This document shows, in pieces, positions 53,238 through 64,000 of a stretch of DNA of 64,000 nucleotides; position 1 is the first letter of the stretch, and each line of letters starts with the position of its first letter. Where the stretch lies: the NCBI GenBank assembly GCA_000002445.1, contig CP000066.1:1568001-1632000 (forward strand), in the 5' to 3' direction. Below the pieces are notes generated by a model. It made no database searches. It was not told the DNA's origin and saw nothing but the letters and a program-made list of their open reading frames with translations. The translations under genes were made by a program, and so were the position numbers. Source of the DNA: Trypanosoma brucei. Lineage: Eukaryota.

Positions 53238-54149
53238 ATGTTCGAAGTGTCAGTGGCACTTTTGTTGACACTGAGATCGTGTATGGTGCCTGTTGAGTCA
53301 AAAAGTGCTTCTGTGACAGGATGGAGAACGGGAGTAACGTTTTCGTCTGAGAACAGCGGGTGCGATCAATTTTGGTCCCCCAAGGAGGGGAAGTTGGTAT
53401 GCGGATCCCCAGTCGTAAACCAGGGCAATTCCGGCTCGAAGGCACCTTCCACCGGTCCGGCTTCAATGGGGAAAGCACAAAACACGATACGGGGTGACAG
53501 AGCAGCCAATATTATACATCAAAGAACGCAGGAAAATCCAGCTCCGAGGTCAGGGGATTATAATCAATCGGGATCTGCCGCTTCGAGTGTCTTTCCAAAG
53601 GATGAACGACAAGCCGACAGTGTAAGTGGTGCTGTAAGTCAGGGTCACCACGAGAAGTCGTCTGAAGACTAATCAAATTTGAAACAGTCAGGAGCCACAG
53701 CTACCGGAGGCGAGGAAATGCCAGAAAGTAAACGAAAAAGCCTTGGGAGAAGCGACTATGCGATCCAGTCCAAGGGGTTGGCTGTGGCAGCACCAGGGGA
53801 AGCAAAGGGTGGTAAAGGTCATGTGCCGCAGCTGGCACCGCAGGGTGAGGTTTCGGGGCCCGAGCGAGTAAGTACCGTGGAAATGGAGTCTGTAAGGGGC
53901 CAGCAAACTGAAAACGAGGGAGAGGGTATTTCAGAAGGGCAAGTAACAGGGCACAACAAAAAGCACACAGCACGCGTGCAAGAAAGGAGTACAGCCTCTG
54001 GACCTGAGCGAAAAAATACACTGGAGGTGACGACAGGTAATATGGATGAGCAGGAGTCTGGAGAAAGCAGTGTGCAAGGGGAGAGAAGCACAGCGCGCAA
54101 AAAGCATGTAGTGATACTTTCCGCAGTATTAGGCCTCATCTGCTTCTGA
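53238..54149 (+). pseudogene. Paralog of the 39474-40361(-) gene, interrupted by a single in-frame TAA at 53670-53672. Either a pseudogene or a read-through/sequencing-variant gene
   Basis: ATG at 53238 gives MFEVSVALLLTLRSCMVPVES..., which matches the signal peptide MTLKIAVTLLLTLRAS of the minus-strand gene. The body is S/G/Q/E-rich. The frame reopens immediately after the TAA (track ORFs 53064-53672 and 53679-54149 share one frame) and ends ...KKHVVILSAVLGLICF, a hydrophobic tail like ...LYPALLTFIFC. Confidence 0.35.
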
Positions 54150-57100
54150 AACTCATTGCCGCAAATCTGTGCATGAGCGTGAAAACGTTTAATAAGGCCA
54201 ACGCCGTGCGAAGTGGACACAGATGAGAATCGGTAACTAACCCCCAACTGATTTCTGCAGAGAACGTGTGTGTGTAGTGCTGTAACGAGGTATGCTAAGG
54301 TGATCGAGCAGCTCCAATTTGGTAATAACGAGCGTGCAAAAACTGAAGGGAGGGTTGGAAGAGAGGAAAAGTAATTTGATGTTATTGGCTGTACAAGGCG
54401 AATAGAGTCAACATGAAAGACAGCACAGATGCAGAGCAATAAATAACAGTATCGAAAAATTGATTATACATGAAGAGACTTAGCTTCAACACTATTGGAG
54501 AAGCCGTGGTGGATTTTTTTTGCTTTTACAATTGGGACATTGAGAACCGGTTGACACGCAGGGGGAAACAGATAACAAAAGGGACTTCGCGGAGTCGGTG
54601 AGTTAAAATGTGGGAATATGACTAGGCATTTCCACGACCAAGTTTGAGGTGATATCGATAACATTAAAATACGTTTAAATAAAGCGAATTAACGGAACCG
54701 ATAAAGAATTTAAACGACAGGTAATCAGCGAGTAAGCTAATTTCACAAGGCAGATATACGTGAAGCACTTAAACTATGTGAGAGTATGCCACAAAAACGA
54801 GTGAATTGAACGAGGAAATTGATGATTGAAAGCGACACCTCACAGATATTATGTTAATTGGCAAACGTAACTTATTTACAAGGGCATCCTTGCGTTTGTT
54901 TTCTTTTGATTGTTTTTGCACCTTTATCGCCGCAACACGCTCAGTTAAACCAGAATCGCACATTGTAGAAGCTGTTAAAGCCCGCGTCCTTCTAAATTCA
55001 AAAAAATGAAGCTGCAATGAGGAAACGCTGGTAACTGCACTGCAAAGCTTTTTTATTTTTAACTATGCGATATACATAATCACCCAGATGTGTGTTGGCA
55101 TCACGGACCTGAAAACCGATGTTATCCCCTCTGTTTTACTTCTGAAATACCAAGCTTTGAATTTTTTACCGTTTATCTTTTTCGTCATGTGCTGATGTAG
55201 TGTTGCCTAGCTTTGGTAATAAGGCGACTGTGAAGGGTAAATGTATTACTTGAAGCAAGTTCCTAATATCGGCAACTGGTGCTTCTGGTGAGGGTGAAGT
55301 GTGTTGTCATACATCGTGTGAAACCTTAATGCCGGATAGAAAAAGCGCAACAATGAGACTTGTCGAGGACGTTTAAATAAACTGTATAATTCGGGAGAAT
55401 GCCATATCCACAGGATCCAGCTGATGCAATGAGTCAGACCATGTCGAGTCTACAGTAACATGACGGAATTAGGGATGGAGCTGTTTGCTGTGCATGGCAC
55501 TGGAGACGGTAAAGGCGGAGAGGCACTGCAAAACGTGTTAGGTATAAACCAGGAGTATTTCCAATGGGGGTTGTTCACAAATGTTAAACGCGAATACGAA
55601 CCGAAAATTTTCAGCGATGTGAAAGAAAATTGGAAAATGCCGAAGGGAGCAGTTGATGTAATTCAGATGCAGATGCTGAACGTGAGGGTCACGTGCGTGG
55701 AAGGTTGTGGTCCTCAACCTCCATTGCAGATGGTAGAAACAACAAACCTTCCGAAGCGGGCTAGCTCGCCTGGCAAGCTGACCGAAATATCTGTGCGGAG
55801 GTTTCTGCTGAGGATAGGGAATGTACTTGCTTTGGCTTGGTGGCGGTCAGTTAACCAGATATTGTGGAATGCTGAAAGAAGACAAGTGAAATGGACACGG
55901 TAATGCATCCAGGCCTCGCCGTGTAGCCCATATTGAGCGCACCGGAACATGCCCGAGAGGTATATAAAACTGTGAGACGGAGACAAGTGGAACTACAGGC
56001 GGTATCATCACCGGGGTAAGGACAAGCAGAGAAGCATTAAGAGCATTCTGCTTGGGATTGGTGTTCGCACGGGTGTGCCGCACAGCAGGGACATGCTGGC
56101 TCTCAGTCCCCCCAAATGATAAAGACACGACAAACATAGGAAGTCAGTAGTCAAGCATCGTGACAGGAGTGATGGTTGAATGAGAAAGGAGACACACGGT
56201 GAAGGAGGCGCAGCTGACCACATTTGGCAATGTTGCACACAAGCGCGCAATAAAATGCTATTTCACCCTCAGAGCCAAGGGCAGGATGTTCCGAGGGATA
56301 GCCGGTAGACCGAACTCCCCAATGCAACCTATGCGTAAACATTTTGATGTGTTGGGTTTGTAGCATGGACGGATGTAGCCACACGCTGAGAGCAAACAAA
56401 TCATCGTTAGTGGTGCCAGGTGCCAATCGTGGCAACAGTTTCCCCAACCATGGTTCTCTGAAAGCCAGTGGGCCCAAGAAGGGGGAAACGTGCGGTAAAA
56501 AGTGTTGCCATTTGGGACGCTGCGCGCCGTCACATCCGGACTGAGGGTCCCAACAAGAAAGATTTATCATGTTGATCTCTGCTGTTGACCAGCCGCCTTC
56601 AATACTTCTAGCCGTTCTGTCCAGCATCACCCTTTTCTACTCAGGTTTCAACCATATCCATGGAAACTGCACTTCGCCGCTGCTCGACACGAATAGCATT
56701 GATACTGCGAACAGTACAAATTCTACTATCTAACAAATACATTCATAAATATTTCCCCTGTTCTATAAAAAATCAAATAGATTTATGGGTGCAAACTCGC
56801 ATGCTTTTCAACTGATAATTTCTTTATCTGGAGTGTCCCTGTCTTGGTTATCTTAATTGTGAGTGGTAGTGACCGTGGTTGTCGCTCCATCATTTGTGTT
56901 GTAGGGTAGTGGGGTGCGTTAATTCTTTCTGCATGTGAAGTAAGGAAGAAATATTTGGTTTTGTGCTCACAAGAGTAGTTTTGTTGCCATTTATTTTTGG
57001 TTATGCAAAGTACTGGTGTGCAGTGAAGATAAATGAGAATTCATTGAAAGGATGAGCGGTTACGTATGTAACATCCGTTTTTTTCTACCAGCGTATCTCT

Positions 57101-57933
57101 AAGGATGGTGACTGGTGGGTGTGGCAAATGATCTAAATGGAGGTAATAACAGGGAGGGTCACTCGTTATTTTGGAACTGTTCTATTTTTTGGTGTGTTGG
57201 TGGCTAACATAATATCCCATCATGTCACCATATAATCAGGGGCTTCAGTAATGAGCATAATTGTTTGAGACGGTATTTTGAAAATACAACTTTTGTCTTT
57301 TCTAGTGTATGGCTTAAGAAAATGGAAGTCGATAGGTTGTAAATGCTCACGAATAGTGGGCTAAAGAGTATTGTTAATACGTGTTTGAGAAGAGGAGGAT
57401 ATGCTAAATGAGGCTCAGCAGCAGGATTGTGTGCATTGGATAAGAGCAACACATGTGTGCAAATCAAGCGCGTAATGTGCTAACCAAAAAAGCCATAAAG
57501 TTACAGCTGAAGCCGATGGAACCGAGGGAGGATGTGGAAAAACACAACATGAATGTGCAAGTACTCAGTAAGAGGATGGACAAGCTTGTTGAGTAAATAA
57601 AGAAATTTCAAGGAAAAGCCAGTTGGAAGTGTAATAACCTTGTATGGTTATTAGTAAAGTGGAGTCATTGGATGCATAAATTAGGGAGAGTGAGGTAACC
57701 AGTGGGAAAACAGCTGTAAGGGAGCTTAATGTTTATGTCCAGCTTGAAAGAATACACTCATCTAACTGTATGTATTGGGATGTGCTTCCTGCTTTGTTGG
57801 ATGCTGCTGTAATTGGTTTGTGTCAGGCACTTATTAATTTCGATACATTGATGTATATGTCTGTTGAATATGTCTGCTAATATCAGTAATGACTGTGATG
57901 ATAAGTTTTTTTCCCTCTTTGACTAATTAATGT

Positions 57934-59306
57934 ATGGGAAAAATCACTAAGAGGCACGAAACAGTGTTTGTCATTGGATTGTTTTGCGACTTTTATCTCC
58001 TTCCTTTCAAGGTGATATGCGGTCGTTCGAATGGAGGACTGATATGGTTGAGTGGAGCTAAATTACGGACTACATCGATGACGACTACAAGTACCATAAC
58101 GTCGGTGAACTCGGGACACTTTGCAAGATTTACAGAATTACGCAGGCAGAAGCTCCACAACCTTCCTTTGAGAATCGTGAGAAGGAAGGAGAGATTCTGA
58201 ATAAGTTGGAGGAAATGGTCAAACAGACGGCGGCTGGTGGTAGTAAAGGTTCAAGTAAGTTGGGTAAAAGAACGACGGCATATCAGGAGATAAAGATACT
58301 TCTTGAGAAGGCGAAAAAGCTGAAGGAAGAAATAGAAGTGAATAGGACAAAAGCTTTGAATGCAAGTCGTTCCGCTAAAGATAGTATGTTGAGAGCTGTG
58401 TATGGCGACGCTGTGGATGTGGCAAGAAATGAGAATAAAACTCTAGAGCAAGCCATGAGAGGAAACAAATCACTACTGTTCAACAGTGTTGATCATGCAA
58501 ATATGAGTTGTGGTTCTTACAGAGACAAACTGGTTGGAAAGACACTGATCAATGACTTTTTCTGCCTATGTGTGGGAGAGGCGACAGATTTACAAATAAG
58601 AAGCAATAAGTATTATGCACTCGACTTAAGTTCGAATTACCACCCTGTGTATAATGGGTTCAACTGTCCCTACAAGGATGAAATAAGGAGGCCCAAAAAT
58701 GGAAGTTGGACTATGATGGCTGATTATTGCCCAAGCAACTATAATACTTGCGACCCTAGAAAGGTAAAATACAACCATACTGAGGCATGGGATGTGATTA
58801 GTAAAGCTTGCGTGTACAAAAATGTTGCATCGAATGTGAAAACTCTGAAGAGTGCACTAGCTCAGTTTGATGCGTTGGTGAATTTAGAGCAGGATAATTA
58901 TCAAATGAAGGGTATTCTTGGGTACGCGGATGTTTCAGAAAACACAAATCGCGTCTGCAACGGTCATACTGCTGGATTCACGTGTGTCAGTTACAATTAC
59001 ACACTTGAAAATGGTGGAATTCCATGGTACAATCACCTTACTAACGCTACTGAGCAACTGCAAGAAATGGCGAAGTATGCCAAAGAAGCTGACAGTCATC
59101 TTTACGAATTGGAAGAGTACCAACATGAGGCAGAGGAAATATATCTTGAAGTGAAACTTGGTGGTGATGCAGAGCTATGGAAGAGTAGCCGAGGTAAGGG
59201 TGATGAAGGTGATGATACTAGGGTAGATTATGATGGAATTACTCATTTGAATATGGAAACTGGGGGTTTTACATTATTAGTTTTCTCTCTTATTCTTATC
59301 TTTTAG
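57934..59306 (+). pseudogene. VSG/ESAG-like surface glycoprotein gene, apparently frameshifted near its 5' end
   Basis: The 366-aa ORF at 58206-59306 has a TTG track start (first ATG at 58215). It lacks a signal peptide but has ...NDFFCLCVGEATD... (compare LLCLCAATE in the gene at 18000), many N-x-S/T sites and a hydrophobic GPI-like end GGFTLLVFSLILIF. A hydrophobic signal-like segment VFVIGLFCDFYLLPFKVICG sits in the preceding ORF 57934-58200, in a different frame. Confidence 0.35.
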
Positions 59307-59487
59307 TTTAATATTACATTACCAAATATGTTATGTTATGTTTTCTTTTGTTTTTTTCGCTTCTTTGTTGCTGCGTGTATGTGGTATAATATATATGTGT
59401 ATTTGTGTTGATGTGTTTGTTAATTTCTCGTGAGATGTAAATGTTTTAAATTATCCCATATAAACTTGTTTTGTTTCTAGATAAATA

Positions 59488-60605
59488 ATGAAGGTGGTAT
59501 CACTTTTTCTTGCAGCGTGTCTGGTAATATTCGGTGCTGTCAGTAAGGCAGTGACGGAGTAGCCTTCCGGTAAGGCCATGACACTCAAGGGAGCTGAAAC
59601 ATTATGTAACTTCAGTCATACCTTGAGGCCTGTGGGTGCTAAGACTCAGGACAAACAAAAAATGCGACAGAAACGGTGGATAAGTTTCTGGGGTGGAGAC
59701 ATCGGCATGGTGTAAAGGGAAGGACATGGAAGGCAATAGTGCAGGGTTTGGAGAAGATAGGAGTTGTTAATGGAAGTGATATGGAAATTATGAAGAAAAC
59801 ATATGCGGAAATGGAAAAGGTAATGAACAATACAGACAAGGCTCTGCAGGTAATGGATACTAGTTTTTTAGACATTGTGAGAGTTTCCTATCATGTTGTG
59901 AATGCATCACTGTCAATAGGGCAAGTGTTGAGGGACTTGGTGGTGATGTTTGAGAAAACTAAGGGAAGTGGAAACAGTTGGTGCTGTTTGGTGAAGGAGA
60001 AAACTGCCTCTTCACGAAATGGATGTGGAAGTGGGAGCGGTAGTGGAAGTGATGGTAAACACGAGTTGGCTAGTGCTCCAGAAGAGTGTAATATGTCTGT
60101 TACAAAGGATATGTCAGATGATGGTGTACTGGTTACGCTAGATAAATATAAAACTGACCAGAGAGTTGAACTTACAGACAATAACGACACAAAATGCTGG
60201 ATCATGGGCACGGAAGATGTTGCAAATGGAGGGGCTGGATCCTTCATAGTTGGAACTACTGGAGGGTTCGTTACCTATAGCCAAGGTTCTGCCGTTATCC
60301 TGAAATCTAGCAACATGGTGCTCAAACTCATCAGCGATTACACTTCAATCAGAGACGGATATGAAAGTGTTACAAAACAGTACCGTGATGTAGAGCCAAC
60401 TCTTACTTCCTTTTCTGAGCATGAAAATAAACTAAAAAAATTGTCAACTCAGAGTCCGATGGTGCGTAGGTATTTCAAGGAGAGTGGAAGGAAACACAAA
60501 GGAACTGTCGATGACGATGATGTTATAGATGAAGAGGGGTTCACAATGAGGAAGCAACGTACCCTAATGGGTTTAATGGCTTTTGCAGCAGTTTTGGTTA
60601 TGTGA
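59488..60605 (+). pseudogene. ESAG/VSG-related-like surface protein pseudogene: a signal-peptide ORF with an in-frame TAG (59560-59562) and a frameshift near 59715 before the main ORF
   Basis: ATG at 59488 gives the classic signal peptide MKVVSLFLAACLVIFGAVSKAVTE, then a stop. The same frame continues ...AMTLKGAETLCNFSHTLRPV...GGDIGMV and stops. The 309-aa ORF at 59676 (GTG track start) continues in another frame and ends with the hydrophobic tail RTLMGLMAFAAVLVM. Confidence 0.4.
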
Positions 60606-60734
60606 TTCAATGTTATATTTTACGCTACGGTTCTGTTATTGGTATTGACCGTTTGTGATACCCGCTGCTTTTTTGTGTAATGGAGGGTATGTGTTTTTCT
60701 CTTTTATATCTTTCGTCACATGTGATTGTAGGTA

Positions 60735-61709
60735 ATGAAAGTTGAAATTGTGGAATTGGCTATTTTGTTATCTTTTATAATTTGCGTTGACGGAGAAAAT
60801 GTGGAGCATAACTGCAAAACGGTAGATGATTATTATTTTAGAAATATAAATGAATCCGTATGTTATCTCAGTTGCCTTTCAAATGCATTAAATAAATTAT
60901 ACAGCGATGGTGAAAAGAGGCTGTTTGTGAATGAGGAAGCATACGCAAATGCTTCTCGTATATTGGATGATATGGAAGGAAAAACGGGTGAAAGCACGAA
61001 GTATTTGAGTGTCATTAGCAGTGTAATGGAAGGGGAACATGATAAATTGGAAAAGCTTATATCTTATGGAAATCAAATGGGAGACCTTGCGGCTAAGGCG
61101 GGTGGATTATTTGTTGAAGTTAATGAAAGCGTAAGAGCAGTGAGGAAGGAAATACGTGACGCTCTTATACAAGCAAACAAATATTATACGGCTGTTGCGG
61201 AAATTGCAGGAACGGTGTGGGCTTTTGATGGACAAAAAGTGGTTGAAGGTGATCACAAGTGTGACCTTGAAGCAAGTAAAAAAACCGTAGAGTTTCAATC
61301 TAAGTGCAGCGCCCACACGTGTCCGCTAAGAAACGGAGTGAATAAGAGCACCCTTCAACAATACAAGAATGGCTGCCTCGAAATAAGTGTTATGCACAGC
61401 CATATTGTGGACTTCTGCCACCAATCGCCTAGGAATGTCCTCTATGTTAGTGGCGCTGTAAAAGACTCAGGTAATGCACTGAAATGGAAACCCGGTCATG
61501 CTTTCTTCCTCACTATTGAAGTAAAGGGTATCTTCAGCTCCCTCATCGCTTCCTTTACTGCTGGTCATCCACCTCCCGTACTTCTTGCAATGGTGTCCAA
61601 TATGACTTTACTTTACTCGCTTTTCAGTGAGACTTACAGCAATTTCACTTCGTTGTTGCTCGGCACAAGTATCACCGATAATTTGAATAGTACTGATTCT
61701 ACCACTTGA
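60735..61709 (+). CDS. Secreted N-glycosylated Cys-containing protein (ESAG-like/hypothetical)
   Basis: 324 aa. N-terminal hydrophobic signal MKVEIVELAILLSFIICVDG. It has multiple NxS/T sites and 10 or more Cys. The C-terminus is hydrophilic (NLNSTDSTT), so it is predicted soluble/secreted rather than GPI-anchored. Confidence 0.45.
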   Translation: MKVEIVELAILLSFIICVDGENVEHNCKTVDDYYFRNINESVCYLSCLSNALNKLYSDGEKRLFVNEEAYANASRILDDMEGKTGESTKYLSVISSVMEGEHDKLEKLISYGNQMGDLAAKAGGLFVEVNESVRAVRKEIRDALIQANKYYTAVAEIAGTVWAFDGQKVVEGDHKCDLEASKKTVEFQSKCSAHTCPLRNGVNKSTLQQYKNGCLEISVMHSHIVDFCHQSPRNVLYVSGAVKDSGNALKWKPGHAFFLTIEVKGIFSSLIASFTAGHPPPVLLAMVSNMTLLYSLFSETYSNFTSLLLGTSITDNLNSTDSTT

Positions 61710-64000
61710 AAAATATGTTCATATACGTTTCCACTCATACACATATGTGTTTACATACATTCTTTTGTGCGAGTTTGCACGCGATTATGTTCTTAGCGAT
61801 TTTCTTTTTCTATTGACATGTTTTGCTTCCCTGGAAAAAACTAAACCTTCTGCGGTGATAATGCTATAATGCCCCAAATACTTGTATGCATAGTTTGCGT
61901 GAATGAAGCAAAGTTCTTTCTGGTACGTTACCTTTCAGAGCTTTTCTTTTATTAGGATTTGCAAAACTCTGTAGGGCATGAAAGTTAACCGTTGATGGGG
62001 ATAGTGGCTTCTCAGTTGCTGCGTTGCATTGTTTTCTCTGCAGTCATAGCGTGGATGTGATTTGCAGATTGGGACCATTCCATGAGAAAGGCGGTATACA
62101 AATGGCTTTCATCTTCGTTTACGTTTCCGACGCCATTCTTGGTTGTTTTTAGGGGACGCTTATTGCAGAAGTGGCACCTCTCAGTTTGATTATCTAAATG
62201 TGTTGATGGTGGAACGTAGGTGTGGTGACCGTAAGGGAGGGCCGAGGACGATGGATGAGGTGCGTGATGAGGGGTTGGAGTGCCTTCTGAGTAAGAAAAT
62301 GGCGACAGGGGATCTGGCGCTTAGTGTGGGTAAGTGAATCGAAATCCGTTTGAGGGGAGAGATGTGCTCGGTTTCTTTCCTGAGGTGAAAGTTTTTAAAA
62401 ATAAAAAAGGAACTATTTATGTATATATACTATGCGTGTTTCTTTACATTTTCTTTGATAGCAAGGTGTTTTGTTATTTTTACTATGATTGAGGGATGAC
62501 ACTTGAGGGGTGATACCGTCAGGTATGTGTGAGAACGGTGTCAAACGCTGGGGGACCTGACCAACGGATAAAACGAGTGTGACATTTGGCTATCTTCGAC
62601 ACGATGCATGTGGGTAGTTCGGGGGAGTGCGGGGTTGTATTATTACTCAGACCCTTGTAGCAACGCTTTGTCAGTGTGTTGCGTCGTGGCGTCTGTGCCG
62701 GCAACGGAATCAGCCTGTTGGTCCGAGGTTGGTGCCACTGTTGCAGATCCTTTGCTGATTCCTTCTTCCCCCAGACATCACTTGTGCAGCAAAAACGCAA
62801 GTTGTGCTAACTATAGTGGATTATACTGCGGTATAACCATAATAATGGCGTTTTATTCAACACGCTTAATCAGCAGAACTGTTAATAATTTAAACCCAGT
62901 TTTTTCTTGCGGTGCTACACGCACCACATGTCTTTTCTAGAATTTTAATTACACTGCGCGTACTAATTCCCCGCGCTCACCGCTTTCATCATTTAGTACC
63001 GGGTGAATATTGTCCTAGATCTCCGCGGAATAATGCATTGTCGTTTGAATTTATCCTAGTCGTAGAATCATTTCAAATCATGGCTATAATAACATCCTTT
63101 TATGTTTCTTCCACAGTGTTAAAAATCAGAACTTTCTAAAATAATGTTTGAAGAAGACCACAAGGTTGCAATCACCGACATGTAATTTCCCTTACGTTAA
63201 CATACTCCCAGTTCCAGTATAAAACGAAAGTCAGTTTCCACCGTTGCACCACACCGAGTGTTTGTATGATAATCAACGGCTGCTAACAGCACCCATTTTC
63301 TAAGCGAGTGAAATCGTGAATCTACCACGCCAAATGAGCGATACACCTCCCCTTCCAAGGCAATATGAAAAGGCACCTTGTTCCCCACAAGTGTCTGTGT
63401 ATTTTATTCGAGTCAAAGTAACCTTTTTTTAGCATCGTTCTCTGTAGGTGGCCTGCCATCAGTTTGTTACTATCGAAGTCAGAGCGTGCCATATTTGCTT
63501 CCCGAAGGATTATTGTATGTTATGTCCGAACCAGTTATGCGTGACGTTGCAAACGTTCAGCTTTTAGTCCTCGGTCTTCAGTAATGGCGAAAACAGCTCA
63601 CTTGAGAGTGAAAGGCTTCTGCCTTTTTTTTGAGCCAAACGTAGGAGAGCATAGTGGAGTTTACAATTTTCATTCAGAGGAGTGGGCGGCATTTTGTGTA
63701 GTCTATTCTCCTTTATAGGGGTGTTCCTCTCGAATGAAGAAAGTACATGTTGGAAGAGAATGAGGGGTTTCTCAATTTCTAGGAGGAATTGTGCAAGGTT
63801 CTTGGTGAACACTATCTTCTGCATATTTTCGCCCTCAAGCCCGAAGTAACTACGGAGCACTTTAAGCTTGAGCGCACGAAGTATGTGGGTGGGATTCCCT
63901 TCGCATTCGTTGGAGTGTGTATGTTTCCTTTCAACGCAGATTTCATGTTTTTGATGGCGATGTATAGATGAACTTGATGTTGAGTGGGACATCTTATTTC

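Overview
This window looks like a nuclear chromosome segment from a kinetoplastid, most likely an African trypanosome (Trypanosoma brucei-type). The organism assignment is inferred from four things seen in the sequence: intronless genes arranged head-to-tail on one strand; long intergenic regions full of polypyrimidine tracts and microsatellites (trans-splicing signals); a type-II glycosyltransferase of the family expanded in trypanosomes; and VSG-like surface-protein genes.

The left ~14 kb is a housekeeping block on the + strand. It holds the 3' end of a gene truncated by the window edge, FACT subunit SPT16, a mitochondrial-type enoyl-CoA hydratase/isomerase, an NF-X1-type zinc-finger protein, a transmembrane Ser/Thr protein kinase carrying a degenerate nucleotidyl-cyclase-homology segment, and a DxD glycosyltransferase.

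The remaining ~50 kb is a surface-protein island:
- a small secreted Cys-containing protein gene;
- a VSG-related gene;
- an ORF-poor, A-rich stretch;
- a 5-gene tandem array (units ~1.8-1.9 kb) encoding signal-peptide / Cys-rich ectodomain / K-E-T-rich stalk / GPI-signal proteins, with one diverged leading copy, one internally mosaic copy, and fully conserved intergenic blocks;
- a minus-strand P-loop pseudogene fragment;
- two divergently oriented low-complexity surface-protein-like paralogs flanking a ~12.7 kb ORF-poor region;
- a terminal cluster of VSG/ESAG-like pseudogenes plus one intact secreted-glycoprotein gene.

I found no rRNA or CRISPR and could not recognise any tRNA by eye. The supplied ORF track uses TTG/GTG as start codons and shows them as M; I moved starts to the first plausible ATG where that mattered. 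All homology calls are from motif recognition only, with no database search.
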